IMG/VR virus record: IMGVR_UViG_3300024232_000016
Span: 1 to 52,259 of that record
DNA from: a virus
Lineage: Duplodnaviria; Caudoviricetes
Strand: one strand, 5' to 3'
DNA: 52,259 bases
Under the pieces are notes generated by a model, which searched no databases, had not been told where the DNA came from, and saw only the letters and a list, made by a program, of their open reading frames with translations. A program made the position numbers and the translations under genes. Numbering within the stretch: position 1 is the first letter of the stretch; the number at the start of each line of letters is the position of its first letter. Shown here in pieces: positions 1 through 8,939 of the stretch.

Positions 1-905
1 GTAAAGGTGCCTAGGGCTACTGTGATCTTACGGGCTGCCAGTAAGCCCACAGCGTTGCCTGTGAGCGTGAAGGTACCTGTAGCTACGGCTAGGGTATAAG
101 CGGCTGCTGCACCCGCTGTGAACCAGTACTTTCTAGGCTGGCTGTCTAGTAGCGAGAACGGCTCTACATGCAACTGCATCATTTCGCCGGAAGATAGTAT
201 CCGGTTGAACGTCATTACATAGGCCACGTCACCAGTGGCAAACGTGTTTACGTCACCAATGTCCCCGCCCACGGTCCACGGAATAGCAGCGTCGGAAGCA
301 TAGCTACCCGTGGAGCCGCCTGTTCCGTCTTGCAGTCCGTCAAGGTAGCCTACGTGAGAGCCAGACGTAGTCGTAATGCCCAGCGTTCGCCACTTACTAT
401 CGCCTACAGCCGTTGAGCAGTTGATAGACGTTCCGCCAAACATAGGAACGCCATAGGCCGCATAGCTCAAGGCTGCTGTGGCTGGGTCAGTGCCTGTCAG
501 GCACACAATGTGATTGGAGAAGACAGAGTTATACTGGCGACCTGAAATCGCACCGTAGGCGTTGTACGGTCCTGCCGACTGGGTTCCCCTCCATCTGGCC
601 CGCATGACAATGCTAGAAGCAGCCAGTCCGTCCAACCCTCCACCGTTGGGAAGGCTTATGTAGGTTGATGCACCAGACGTGAATTGAACATAGCTGCCGG
701 GCTGGCCTACAGCCCAGCTAGGCCCATTCGTCAAGGTACCTGAGTTACGACCACGACTCAGGTCGTAGGTGGTTAGCCCACCAGTTTCGTTGAATATCCA
801 GAATCCAGTACAAGACGTAGCCAGCCCCCCACTACGTAACCGAACGGAACCAAAGTTAGCCGGCTTACGCCTAGTATCCCTAGCAGAGCTTAGACCTAGG
901 AGCAT
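1..905 (-). CDS. LamG/concanavalin-like jelly-roll domain virion protein (runs off left edge)
   Basis: Not in the ORF track because it is truncated. My translation from ATG 905: MLLGLSSARDTRRKP...GFWIFNETGGLTTYDLSRGRNSGTLTNGPSW...KWRTLGIT...VGYLDGLQDG...GDVAYVMTFNRILSSGEMMQL. This is the LamG-like pattern (W.F.E.G, YLDG, NRxLS..E). It is followed by Ala/Thr-rich GTFTLTG repeats. Confidence 0.7.
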   Translation of the reverse strand, partial: MLLGLSSARDTRRKPANFGSVRLRSGGLATSCTGFWIFNETGGLTTYDLSRGRNSGTLTNGPSWAVGQPGSYVQFTSGASTYISLPNGGGLDGLAASSIVMRARWRGTQSAGPYNAYGAISGRQYNSVFSNHIVCLTGTDPATAALSYAAYGVPMFGGTSINCSTAVGDSKWRTLGITTTSGSHVGYLDGLQDGTGGSTGSYASDAAIPWTVGGDIGDVNTFATGDVAYVMTFNRILSSGEMMQLHVEPFSLLDSQPRKYWFTAGAAAAYTLAVATGTFTLTGNAVGLLAARKITVALGTF

Positions 906-921
906 GGTACCCCGCTCCTAA

Positions 922-1824
922 CTAAGTAGCCGTGGCATAGATACCAGTTTGAGAAACAACGTGGTTGCCACCCGTAGAGTTAAGGTTCACACCCGTATTA
1001 TGGACAACCCAGAAGCCCCACTTAAGCGGCTGGACGCCGCCAAATAATGAAGCCACAGAAACAGGGGCAAAGTAGTAGCCCTGATTGTTGGTTGCGGTTG
1101 TGACCATTACCGATACCAGCCTATGGGATGCAGCCAGTATGTCCCGGGTGGTAGCACTCACATTAGCATCGCTGCCAGTGATAGCGTCTGGGTAGAGTGG
1201 CGTATCATTCAACACACCCCAAATCCAGGGTTCAATAGTAGCCGCAGACGGACTGGTGCCAGTAGTAATCTTTCCACCAGCCATGTAGTCCATATACAGG
1301 TTGGTGGTATTGTCCACGACGGCTGAAGACCGTCCAGCCAGCAAGGTGCTACTAGTGGCTAGGCTGGCCAGCGTAAACGTAGGGGCAGCACTAGCTGCAT
1401 ACACGAGCTTGATATTGGCGTTGTGCTTAGCTGTAAGCCACCACGGTCCTCTACCGTGCTTTTCCATCAGCCTGTCGTCAAACCCAGCGGGTAGTTCCCT
1501 ACCCACGGATATGACTTCTACCCCAGTCTGGTCGCAGAATCTGTGCTTCCAGTTCCAGTCGGCAATCTCTTGCAAGTAGGACCGGGGATTGGTGCTGATG
1601 TTGTGCTGATGGTTGCACTGCCGGCATAGGGCCAGCAACCGGATGTCGACCAAGTGCTGGTCGTCAGCCGGGTGCATACTAAGCACGCTCAGCTCGGTGT
1701 CTATTTGCTGAATCTGCTTGATAAGGCTTTGCCGCTTGTCAGCCTGCCACTCGTTGGTCAGCAATGACCGCAGTTGCCTACGGTCATCTTGCAAGTCAGT
1801 CACAATCTGCAAAGGCATAGCCAT
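922..1824 (-). CDS. Hypothetical virion-associated protein; N-terminal Cys/His domain fused to a Thr/Ser/Gly-rich beta domain
   Basis: 300-aa ORF directly abutting its neighbours. The N-terminal part has CRQCNHQH...HRFC; the C-terminal part has the composition of a structural beta protein. Confidence 0.55.
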   Translation of the reverse strand: MAMPLQIVTDLQDDRRQLRSLLTNEWQADKRQSLIKQIQQIDTELSVLSMHPADDQHLVDIRLLALCRQCNHQHNISTNPRSYLQEIADWNWKHRFCDQTGVEVISVGRELPAGFDDRLMEKHGRGPWWLTAKHNANIKLVYAASAAPTFTLASLATSSTLLAGRSSAVVDNTTNLYMDYMAGGKITTGTSPSAATIEPWIWGVLNDTPLYPDAITGSDANVSATTRDILAASHRLVSVMVTTATNNQGYYFAPVSVASLFGGVQPLKWGFWVVHNTGVNLNSTGGNHVVSQTGIYATAT

Positions 1825-2400
1825 CTAGCTGTTCCAAGCGTTGAGAACGTCTTGATAGTTGAGCGAGCCTTCCCAAGCCATCGTAGCCGGGGAAGCCGTA
1901 GTGCCAGTACCTGCCGCAAATAGCTTCTCAGCTCGGGTAGCTCTACGTCGGGCTAGGGTAAGTAGGTGAGTGCGTTGGGCTGGAGCACTGTTGGTATTGC
2001 CGCTGAAGATGTCAGCAATACCTTGCCGGACGTTGGCCTTGCTGGCGTCAATGGCCCCACCTACGCTGAACATGCGTGTCCAGCCATCCCGTTCGCCTTG
2101 GCTTCGGGCAATGTAGGCACTCCAGCTCCAGGTTGTGGCGTCTTCCGTAGTGGTGGAATACACTTCGCTCTCAGGCACCCGGCTACGCCACACCCAAAAG
2201 TCCGGCGAAGCGTTCGCGTTGTAAGCCACGGCAATAGCAAAGGCATTGTCAGGCGTGTGAGCAAGCTGCCCCAAGGTACCGTCAGCAGCAATGTCGTTCT
2301 TAAGGGCTGTGAGTTGGGCTGGTGTCAATGGTTCTGCTCCGGCTAAGTACGGAAGAAGGGTGGCGGCTGTCAGCACCGCCAAGAAAATACGCCTGTTCAT
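1825..2400 (-). CDS. Hypothetical protein with signal-peptide-like N-terminus, in the virion accessory cluster
   Basis: 191-aa ORF beginning MNRRIFLAVLTAATLLPYLAGAE; operon-like packing. Confidence 0.6.
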   Translation of the reverse strand: MNRRIFLAVLTAATLLPYLAGAEPLTPAQLTALKNDIAADGTLGQLAHTPDNAFAIAVAYNANASPDFWVWRSRVPESEVYSTTTEDATTWSWSAYIARSQGERDGWTRMFSVGGAIDASKANVRQGIADIFSGNTNSAPAQRTHLLTLARRRATRAEKLFAAGTGTTASPATMAWEGSLNYQDVLNAWNS

Positions 2401-2420
2401 GCCGTGCTCCTAGATAGGGG

Positions 2421-2837
2421 TTAGGCGATCGTCAGTACGCCATTGGTGCCATCAAAGTCGATGGTAAGGGTTTCACCATCGTTAAGCGTGATGCTGCTGC
2501 CGTAGTCCCACCAGCCAATGAGTGGATCAGCCGGGCTAGTGGGCGTGTCGTCAAACAGCACTACGTACCGTAGAGGCCCAGTGCTGCCACCGCTGCTTGT
2601 AAGCACCAAGTCGGCACACACCAGCTTGTAGGTGCCCGACGTTTGGGCAGAGCTGCTCGTGGTTACGTTGCGGCTGGAAAGATTGGTGTAGGTGATTTCG
2701 GTTAGGTCACCGACAATCCGGTTCGTGTTAACCGGCACGGTGTTGGTCAGTGAAATCTTGAGCTGGTCACTGCCAAGGTTGTACACCTTCTCGGCAAGGT
2801 CTTCTACGAAAGGCTGAAACTTGTTGAAAGATACCAC
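2421..2837 (-). CDS. Putative phage virion structural protein (beta-rich, tail/decoration type)
   Basis: 138 aa; FNKFQPFVEDLAEKV...LIGWWDYGSSITLNDGETLTIDFD resembles small structural proteins that accompany LamG tail proteins. AAGGAG Shine-Dalgarno upstream. Confidence 0.6.
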   Translation of the reverse strand: MVSFNKFQPFVEDLAEKVYNLGSDQLKISLTNTVPVNTNRIVGDLTEITYTNLSSRNVTTSSSAQTSGTYKLVCADLVLTSSGGSTGPLRYVVLFDDTPTSPADPLIGWWDYGSSITLNDGETLTIDFDGTNGVLTIA

Positions 2838-2905
2838 TGTGAGCTCCTTGACTGGATGGACCTAATACCCTTATCAGGCGTTCCTTCCGGTCAAGGTTAT
2901 GTAGC

Positions 2906-3187
2906 TTAAGGCTGTGGGGGCTGCGGTGTCAGCCGCTTCACATCCTTTCGGATTTTGGTTACTGTCTCTTCAACGTTTTCCACGTTCTTAGCTAGTTTGT
3001 TTTGACCTATGGCCAAAGCAAACAGCCACAGCATGGCTGCCAATGTAACAGTGCCGCCCACCATAAACAATATGGTGAACATAAGCATTAGCACACTCCA
3101 AGCCCACTTAGGCACTTTCACGTGATCCAGGTACGTCTCCCTGTGCTGGGGGGTCGGAGTCTGGTCCGTTTGACTCGGTTGGTTCAT
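2906..3187 (-). CDS. Small membrane protein (possible holin or lysis accessory)
   Basis: Long hydrophobic segment WAWSVLMLMFTILFMVGGTVTLAAMLWLFALAIG followed by a charged tail. Confidence 0.5.
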   Translation of the reverse strand: MNQPSQTDQTPTPQHRETYLDHVKVPKWAWSVLMLMFTILFMVGGTVTLAAMLWLFALAIGQNKLAKNVENVEETVTKIRKDVKRLTPQPPQP

Positions 3188-3605
3188 CTTGCAGTTTCCA
3201 TTTGCGGTGGTTGGTGCTACTTCCTTCCTCCAAATGCTCTTGAGCTCTTTCCAAGAAAGACAGTGCGTCAGAAGTAATACCTAACCGAGTTTTGTTCTTG
3301 CGAACATAGGTAGTAACTGCCCGCATACCTTCCTTCAGCCCACTGTGAATGGAGTGAACTTGGTGGTGAGTACAATCAACAGACGCAATCAGGTGTTCCA
3401 CCGCTTCAGCTACACGCTTTTGTGTATTGATGCTGCTTTCAAACCATATAGGCAGCCACTTCTTAAGGATACTCAAGAAGGTTACGGCTACCCATAAGAA
3501 GATCAAAAGCACTAACGCCAAAAATACAAAAGAAAGCCCCCACGTAGCTGCCTTGTTGATCCACCAGTCGGCTACATCCAGTGCCTGTTTTCCACCATCA
3601 CCCAT
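3108..3605 (-). CDS. Single-TM membrane protein with coiled-coil tail (holin-like candidate)
   Basis: TM segment WGLSFVFLALVLLIFLWVAVTFL. AGGAG lies 7 nt before ATG 3605; an alternative TTG is at 3611. Confidence 0.5.
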   Translation of the reverse strand: MGDGGKQALDVADWWINKAATWGLSFVFLALVLLIFLWVAVTFLSILKKWLPIWFESSINTQKRVAEAVEHLIASVDCTHHQVHSIHSGLKEGMRAVTTYVRKNKTRLGITSDALSFLERAQEHLEEGSSTNHRKWKLQDEPTESNGPDSDPPAQGDVPGSRESA

Positions 3606-3612
3606 CGCCAAA

Positions 3613-3656
3613 CTCCTACTGAGTGAGAAGCGATCCCTGCCCTCACTCAGTAGGAG
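3613..3656 (-). promoter_or_regulatory. 15-bp perfect inverted repeat sequestering the SD of the downstream membrane-protein gene (or a terminator)
   Basis: CTCCTACTGAGTGAG (3613-3627) / CTCACTCAGTAGGAG (3642-3656). On the minus-strand mRNA the 3' arm ends in AGGAG. Confidence 0.6.
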
Positions 3657-3671
3657 GGCAACCCATTCACC

Positions 3672-3836
3672 CTAACGCCCGTAAGGCGGCAACACCCAGC
3701 GAGCAACCTTGCCGACCCCGCCCACTACCCTGTGGGCACCACGTCGCAAGCGACCGTGACCACAAGCACTAGCCGACTGAGCCATCAAGGCAACCAGCGT
3801 CACCGCCACTACGAGCACAATCAACTTCTTCATCAT
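3672..3836 (-). CDS. Small secreted peptide (54 aa) with signal peptide and Arg/Gly-rich mature part
   Basis: My translation: MMKKLIVLVVAVTLVALMAQSASA-CGHGRLRRGAHRVVGGVGKVARWVLPPYGR. AGGAG SD upstream. Below the ORF-track length cutoff. Confidence 0.6.
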   Translation of the reverse strand: MMKKLIVLVVAVTLVALMAQSASACGHGRLRRGAHRVVGGVGKVARWVLPPYGR

Positions 3837-3842
3837 GTTCTC

Positions 3843-4376
3843 CTATCGGTTACGTGGCAACAAACGAAAACGACCACTTCCAATTCCTAGCCGGCTACCA
3901 AAGCCACAGCTACCACTAGAGCAGCCACCTTGGTAGTAAGCAGCATACGCAGGACGACCCACAGCCACAGCCTGAGGCTTTACAGCCGGAACAGGATTGA
4001 CCCGGTCTGAGTTAACTTGGGCAGCTATCTGTAGGTTCTGCTTGGTTAGCTGCTGTTGTAGGTCAGCAGCTAGTTGAACTTGCTGGTCAAACTGGTCCTT
4101 AATAGCAGCCAGTTGCTCCTTGAGCTGAGTCACCAACCTACGTAGTTCAACCACTTCAGCAGCAGCCGCCTGACTTTCTGGGGGAAGTGTGGGCGGAGAA
4201 CTGGCGTACACTTCGGGCTTGCTGCTTGGTATGGGCGGCAAGGGCTGCACTGGTAGCGGCTCCACAGGCACCATAGCCGCTGTAGGCTTAGACTGGCTAG
4301 GCAGCTTGGTGTCCATAGCCCTACGGGCTGGCTCAATACTGGCCAAGGCCAGCAAAGCAAAGGCCCAGCCCAGCAT
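3843..4376 (-). CDS. Membrane-anchored Pro-rich/coiled-coil protein (lysis accessory candidate)
   Basis: Hydrophobic N-terminus (MLGWAFALLALA), Pro-rich linker, Gln/Leu heptad coiled coil, C-terminal GGCSSGSC. The start is uncertain; the ORF is open to 4580, overlapping the peptidase. Confidence 0.5.
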   Translation of the reverse strand: MLGWAFALLALASIEPARRAMDTKLPSQSKPTAAMVPVEPLPVQPLPPIPSSKPEVYASSPPTLPPESQAAAAEVVELRRLVTQLKEQLAAIKDQFDQQVQLAADLQQQLTKQNLQIAAQVNSDRVNPVPAVKPQAVAVGRPAYAAYYQGGCSSGSCGFGSRLGIGSGRFRLLPRNR

Positions 4377-4422
4377 GGGATTGCGTTCAGGCTCCTTAGC
4401 CTTAACAGCAGCCACTGCCGCT

Positions 4423-5283
4423 CTACGCTGCACTGGCCAGCGTTTGCCGATAGGCAAAGCCGCTACTAGGCGTTCCCTTCCCTTCACGAAATACTGCGTA
4501 ACCGGGTTGGCCATATTCATTTTTATCTCCCCAATTTCCCCAATTGTTACGGATGCGGAATCCCCAACTACCAGCTTCAACTTCCACTAGGTCACACAGC
4601 ATAATGACATGCGACCACCAGTTATAGGCAATGGCACAGCAGTAGCCCATCAAGCAAGCCGTAGCAAACTCGTCAAAGCTATTGCACTCGTACAACTCCA
4701 AAGCCAAGTGATGCTTTCGGCTTTCAACTACATCTTGGGAAGTGTTCAAGCTGTAGCTGGTGTCGTTGTTGCCCCACACACCAAAGTCAGCAAAGCCGTA
4801 CTTGACACTGTACTCGGCAGCATCCCACTCGTCCCCACCACTATGACCGCCGCTAATTGGCACAGCCACGCTACAGGCCGACATGTACACCAAGGGCAAG
4901 CCCTGCATGACCCTAGCCGTGGTAAAGGCATGGGCTGGCCCATTGGCCCAGCACGTAGGCAAGCCGTCTTGGTCGTGGGGTGCAAAATTCTGGAACTGGC
5001 TGACCAACCGTCTTCGGTCCGTCTGTTCGGTTAGGGCAGCCTTCCAGTCACTGCGGCTGATCGTGGGATTGGTACCCCTTGGACCTGACGTATCAAATGG
5101 GCTGCTGTACGTAGCCTTGTAGTCAACCGTCTGTCCCGGGCTGTTCACACGGGATAGGTACCGCTTCTGCCCGCCTGAAATATGAACACCTACCACGTTG
5201 CCGTCGGGTAGTTGTTCATAGGTCTGGCTTAGCAGGGACGTATAGTTGCTATCGTCGTAAACCGTTTCTCCTGGACGCAGCAT
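4423..5283 (-). CDS. Papain-like (C1-type) cysteine peptidase
   Basis: Oxyanion Gln and catalytic Cys in DQDGLPTCWA, His in WWSHVIM, Asn in IRNNWG...WG..GY. This is the canonical papain catalytic order. Confidence 0.8.
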   Translation of the reverse strand: MLRPGETVYDDSNYTSLLSQTYEQLPDGNVVGVHISGGQKRYLSRVNSPGQTVDYKATYSSPFDTSGPRGTNPTISRSDWKAALTEQTDRRRLVSQFQNFAPHDQDGLPTCWANGPAHAFTTARVMQGLPLVYMSACSVAVPISGGHSGGDEWDAAEYSVKYGFADFGVWGNNDTSYSLNTSQDVVESRKHHLALELYECNSFDEFATACLMGYCCAIAYNWWSHVIMLCDLVEVEAGSWGFRIRNNWGNWGDKNEYGQPGYAVFREGKGTPSSGFAYRQTLASAA

Positions 5284-5750
5284 TATTTAGTCCCTCCTAG
5301 TGTAGTAAGAGCAGTGATGACGTCCGCTTCCTTGCTAGTAGCGTCAAGCTGCTTGCTGAAGCCCTTGCCTTTGCTGTTAGAGGCCAGAATAGCCGGAGGC
5401 TTTAGCCCTAGCTTGATATAAGCCGCCACAGCGTCCTGTGCCCACTGCTTGTTCAAGGGAACGCTGGTCTGGTTGCTTACGTCTAGCTTTTGCAAGTCCC
5501 AATTGTTCTTGGCCACAAAGTCCCTGACGCTACCCGGATTTTGAGCATCCATGATATTGGGGATGTCGGTCTTCAGGTACTTGATACGGTCGTCAGTTTC
5601 TTCAACCAACAACACAGCCCCCGCCTTGTCAGCCGGAGCTACGAATGGGGCTGGCGTACCTGTAACCCCACCAGTGCCACCAGACAGCACCAGTAGGATG
5701 ATCAGCAGTACAGCCAGCCAAGCATTATTCTTTTCGTCCATAACAACCAC
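5283..5750 (-). CDS. Membrane-anchored hypothetical protein
   Basis: N-terminal TM WLAVLLIILLVLSGG; TAATG coupling to the peptidase gene. Confidence 0.55.
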   Translation of the reverse strand: MVVMDEKNNAWLAVLLIILLVLSGGTGGVTGTPAPFVAPADKAGAVLLVEETDDRIKYLKTDIPNIMDAQNPGSVRDFVAKNNWDLQKLDVSNQTSVPLNKQWAQDAVAAYIKLGLKPPAILASNSKGKGFSKQLDATSKEADVITALTTLGGTK

Positions 5751-5774
5751 ACTCCTTTCTAGTCCGAGTGGTTG

Positions 5775-6152
5775 TTATGACTTATTGGCTGACTTGATCA
5801 GGTTGGTAACGCTGTCTTCCAGCTCCTTATTTCCCGTGGCCTTGGCCTTGATAAGCAGCGGCAGCAGTATGGGCAGTAACTGGGTGATCAGGTCAATAAT
5901 GGGCGTGTCAGGGTGTGGAATGGGAATCGGTGTAGGAGTGGGGCTGGGGTTGGGATCAGGCGTAGGCCCGGGAACGGGTACAGGTGTGGGGGTAGGTGTG
6001 GGCCGGAGCAGGTTCAGCAAGTCCTGGATCTTCAGCTTGCCGGTTAGAAACATGAAAGCCACAATGCCCAGCAAGATGAGCTGGGTTGTGTTCATGTTCT
6101 TGAACAGATCCGTGAAGGCTGTACCGATGTCAGCCAGAAGAAAGTAGTCCAT
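5775..6152 (-). CDS. Membrane protein with (PT/PX)n low-complexity linker
   Basis: Two hydrophobic segments flanking PTPTPTPVPVPGPTPDPNPSPTPTP. Confidence 0.6.
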   Translation of the reverse strand: MDYFLLADIGTAFTDLFKNMNTTQLILLGIVAFMFLTGKLKIQDLLNLLRPTPTPTPVPVPGPTPDPNPSPTPTPIPIPHPDTPIIDLITQLLPILLPLLIKAKATGNKELEDSVTNLIKSANKS

Positions 6153-6261
6153 ACAGACCTCTGTAGCGGTGGATACTGGGTAGGTCCAATATCACAGGCA
6201 AAGTAGGCTGCACCTACACAGCAGCAACCTTGCCTAGACCCTTATAGAGTTGCCTAGGGGC

Positions 6262-6290
6262 ACTATAGCTAGGGGGGTACCCCCTGTAAA
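6262..6290 (-). promoter_or_regulatory. Sigma70-like promoter for the left-hand lysis/virion block
   Basis: Minus strand TTTACA-N17-TATAGT. The spacer contains the palindrome GGGGGTACCCCC (6273-6284). Confidence 0.55.
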
Positions 6291-6292
6291 GC

Positions 6293-7636
6293 CTATTTGC
6301 TGGTGGCTGCTGTTGGCTCCTTAAGCAACCTACGCAAGTGCGTAAGCAGGGTTTGGGCTTGTACGCTTAGCCGGTACACCGTCTTACCCCGCCCTTGGGC
6401 ACCGCTGGCAGCTTGGGACTGGTCGGTGCGTACTATGTCCAGTTCCAGTAGGGTAGCCAGCGTCTTGCGGGTAATTTCTTCGCTCTTGCGTATGGCTACG
6501 GCTAGGCTACGAACGTCCATTGCTTTACCAAACAGAGCCTTGACCACTTCAAAGCTGTTGCCGTAGCTGGTATCTTCCGCTACGTGGGCCATACGCCGCA
6601 TGACTTCGCTGTCAACTGTAGCCTTGCCCATTACCAGCGTGGTACATAGGGCAGCCTTGGCCAGTTGCTTGCTTAGCCGTATATGCAGTTCTTTTTCAGT
6701 CTTGTCTTCATCACCACCCGTGGGTCTGGTTCGCATGTTAGCCACCAGTAGGCCCATCGCTTCACAGTTCTTGACGAACGTAGGTGGTATGCCGGCTGGA
6801 TTGGCTGCCAACCGCTGCATAAGAACGCTAACATTGTGGCGGATGTAGTTGATGTACCCGGCTGTCTTTTGTTTGGCCAGCATTAGGCGGGGGTCTTCGC
6901 GACTGGCTAGTTCGCCGTTGCTTTCAGTCATCATGGACGAAAGGCTGTTGGCCAATACGTCTGTAACCAGTTGCCGTTCCTTGGTTACGCAGTCCCCGTC
7001 GCTAATGATGCAGTCCAGGAACCTATCGCCGGCAGCACTACGGTTCAGCCTACGTAAAGTGCTAGTCCCCGCAATGATGAAGGTGGTCTTAAGCCCGTGA
7101 TACTCGTAGCTGACTCCATTCCTATATACGGCACGAGTTTGACCCGACCATAGATCACGCATTTCGCTAAGCGTTTGTCCGCACGTAGGGCTGGTGAGTA
7201 GTGTGTCTCCTTCGTTAATGATGACCGTCTTATCTGCCATGCGGGAAAATAGACTGTTGTCACCTCCCCGGGAGTCGCCACTATGAAAGCCACGTTGCAC
7301 TGACATACTGAAAGTGTATTCGGTATTCGCACTAAAGGCCTCACATAGCGTTGTCTTGGCTGTGCCCGCCCTGCCAATGATACGGAGCCATACTTGGTCT
7401 CCCTGTAGCTTGGTGCTGGCTACCACGGCCATCATGCTGCTTAGGGTGATGTCCAGGGCATCGGTCCAGTACATGGCGTCCTTCCAGGTACTAACCAAGT
7501 CTTCCCAACTATTGCATTCCAGGGCAGCAATAGGGGGTGGAGTGGGGTGCCCGTTCTGTTTGTGCTTGGTGTTTTCTAGCCACTCTTGGGGATAAGGAAC
7601 AAGCCTATTCAGCAGGTGCAGCAGGTTCTGTGTCAT
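6293..7636 (-). CDS. AAA+ (MCM-like) replicative helicase with C-terminal winged helix
   Basis: Walker A GRAGTAKTT, Walker B-like VIINEGD, Arg-finger-like GDRFLD, C-terminal HTH; lies directly downstream of the primase. Confidence 0.7.
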   Translation of the reverse strand: MTQNLLHLLNRLVPYPQEWLENTKHKQNGHPTPPPIAALECNSWEDLVSTWKDAMYWTDALDITLSSMMAVVASTKLQGDQVWLRIIGRAGTAKTTLCEAFSANTEYTFSMSVQRGFHSGDSRGGDNSLFSRMADKTVIINEGDTLLTSPTCGQTLSEMRDLWSGQTRAVYRNGVSYEYHGLKTTFIIAGTSTLRRLNRSAAGDRFLDCIISDGDCVTKERQLVTDVLANSLSSMMTESNGELASREDPRLMLAKQKTAGYINYIRHNVSVLMQRLAANPAGIPPTFVKNCEAMGLLVANMRTRPTGGDEDKTEKELHIRLSKQLAKAALCTTLVMGKATVDSEVMRRMAHVAEDTSYGNSFEVVKALFGKAMDVRSLAVAIRKSEEITRKTLATLLELDIVRTDQSQAASGAQGRGKTVYRLSVQAQTLLTHLRRLLKEPTAATSK

Positions 7637-8516
7637 GTTTGGTTAGCATATCCCTAGTGTCAGTTCCGTCTGGTAATTGAGGGTCGTACCCCTCGTCGCC
7701 CCACCATAGTACCTTCACGCTGTTGGCTGCGTGGTGCAGCTTGGCCCCAGTCTTCTTCATACCGTAGGTGCCAGCCGGCGGAACGGTAGCGTTGTTCCGG
7801 TTTTTCCGGGGGTAGTCGTTGTCATACAGCAGTGACACGTTCTTACCCCTTAACCACGGCAGCCATTCATCACGAAAGGTTTCACAGCCGGGAACTGCTA
7901 TTATATTGCAACTAGCTAACAGACTTTTTTCTGGGTCTATGGTGCGGTGTAGCTCACCATCTTCCATCCACTTGTGCTTGGACAAGGCGTCTTCCAGGGC
8001 CATAGCATCCCAAGGCCCCTCGCAGATATACACGTCTGGCTTGGCTGGGTCCCACAGGTGCATACCGAACAAGGTGGCGTCCATTGTGGCTGTACCATAC
8101 AGCCTACGCTTGCCACCCTTGGCCTTGGTCCAGCGGTATAGGTTGTCCAGCCTAGGCTCCGTGCTGGTCAGGCTAAAGCCCGGCAATAGAAACTCATGGT
8201 CAATGGCAGACTGGCAAAAGCCCCAGCGTTGCAGCACTTCCGGGCTTACCTTACGTTCTAGGGCCACTTCCTCCAGAACGATATGGTCAATGCTGGAATA
8301 CTCAAATAGGCTACGTATAAACGTAATGGCGTTGCCATGCACACCACACACCCGACAGTTCCACTGGCCTGTCTGCTTGTTCACAAACAGCTTGGACTCC
8401 CTGTCACAGAAGCAGCAAGTAGCCACCGCTTCGGGCACGTCTTCCCAACGTAGGTCCAGCCCGTGGAACAGAAAGGGGCGTAGTACGGAAGGGACTTCCT
8501 TATCTATCTTGGGCAT
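7605..8516 (-). CDS. DNA primase (Zn finger + TOPRIM)
   Basis: CCFCD...WNCRVCG zinc finger; TOPRIM motifs ICEGPWDAMAL and LLYDND. Start placed at MPKIDK. Confidence 0.85.
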   Translation of the reverse strand: MPKIDKEVPSVLRPFLFHGLDLRWEDVPEAVATCCFCDRESKLFVNKQTGQWNCRVCGVHGNAITFIRSLFEYSSIDHIVLEEVALERKVSPEVLQRWGFCQSAIDHEFLLPGFSLTSTEPRLDNLYRWTKAKGGKRRLYGTATMDATLFGMHLWDPAKPDVYICEGPWDAMALEDALSKHKWMEDGELHRTIDPEKSLLASCNIIAVPGCETFRDEWLPWLRGKNVSLLYDNDYPRKNRNNATVPPAGTYGMKKTGAKLHHAANSVKVLWWGDEGYDPQLPDGTDTRDMLTKHDTEPAAPAE

Positions 8517-8670
8517 TCTGCTGCTCCTGCTGTAGTTCCAGCACCCAGTACCTAACCACCGACCGTAGCAGATAGCCATTCGCAAAGCAGGCTAAGCCTA
8601 GGACAAGTGCCCACAGCCCAGCCCATACCACTGACTCCAGCCTAGTTCTAGTCAGCCAAGGCTTGCTCAT
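8500..8670 (-). CDS. Small membrane protein (56 aa)
   Basis: My translation MSKPWLTRTRLESVVWAGLWALVLGLACFANGYLL...; ATGA overlap with the upstream gene. Confidence 0.45.
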   Translation of the reverse strand: MSKPWLTRTRLESVVWAGLWALVLGLACFANGYLLRSVVRYWVLELQQEQQNAQDR

Positions 8671-8939
8671 TGGTCTAGAACCTCCAGCCCTTCAACTTCC
8701 CACTCATCACGCATGGGCCAGTTCTGCAGCAAGTTGGCAGGCACCCATGTCAGCACCCGGTTACAGGATTCACGGACTAGTACGCGGGTAATGCTGTTGA
8801 ATGCCTGCCTGCCACATTCTACTTCCGGACAAACAGTGAACGGGGGATACGGGCTTACCGTAGGCATCGTAACCACTTGGCCAGTGTGCCAGCCCCCGTC
8901 TTTGTCTTGCCACTGAACGTGCCGGCCTAGGTTGGCCAT
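8667..8939 (-). CDS. Hypothetical protein
   Basis: GAGGAGG SD before MANLGRHV; fills the operon. Confidence 0.5.
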   Translation of the reverse strand: MANLGRHVQWQDKDGGWHTGQVVTMPTVSPYPPFTVCPEVECGRQAFNSITRVLVRESCNRVLTWVPANLLQNWPMRDEWEVEGLEVLDQ

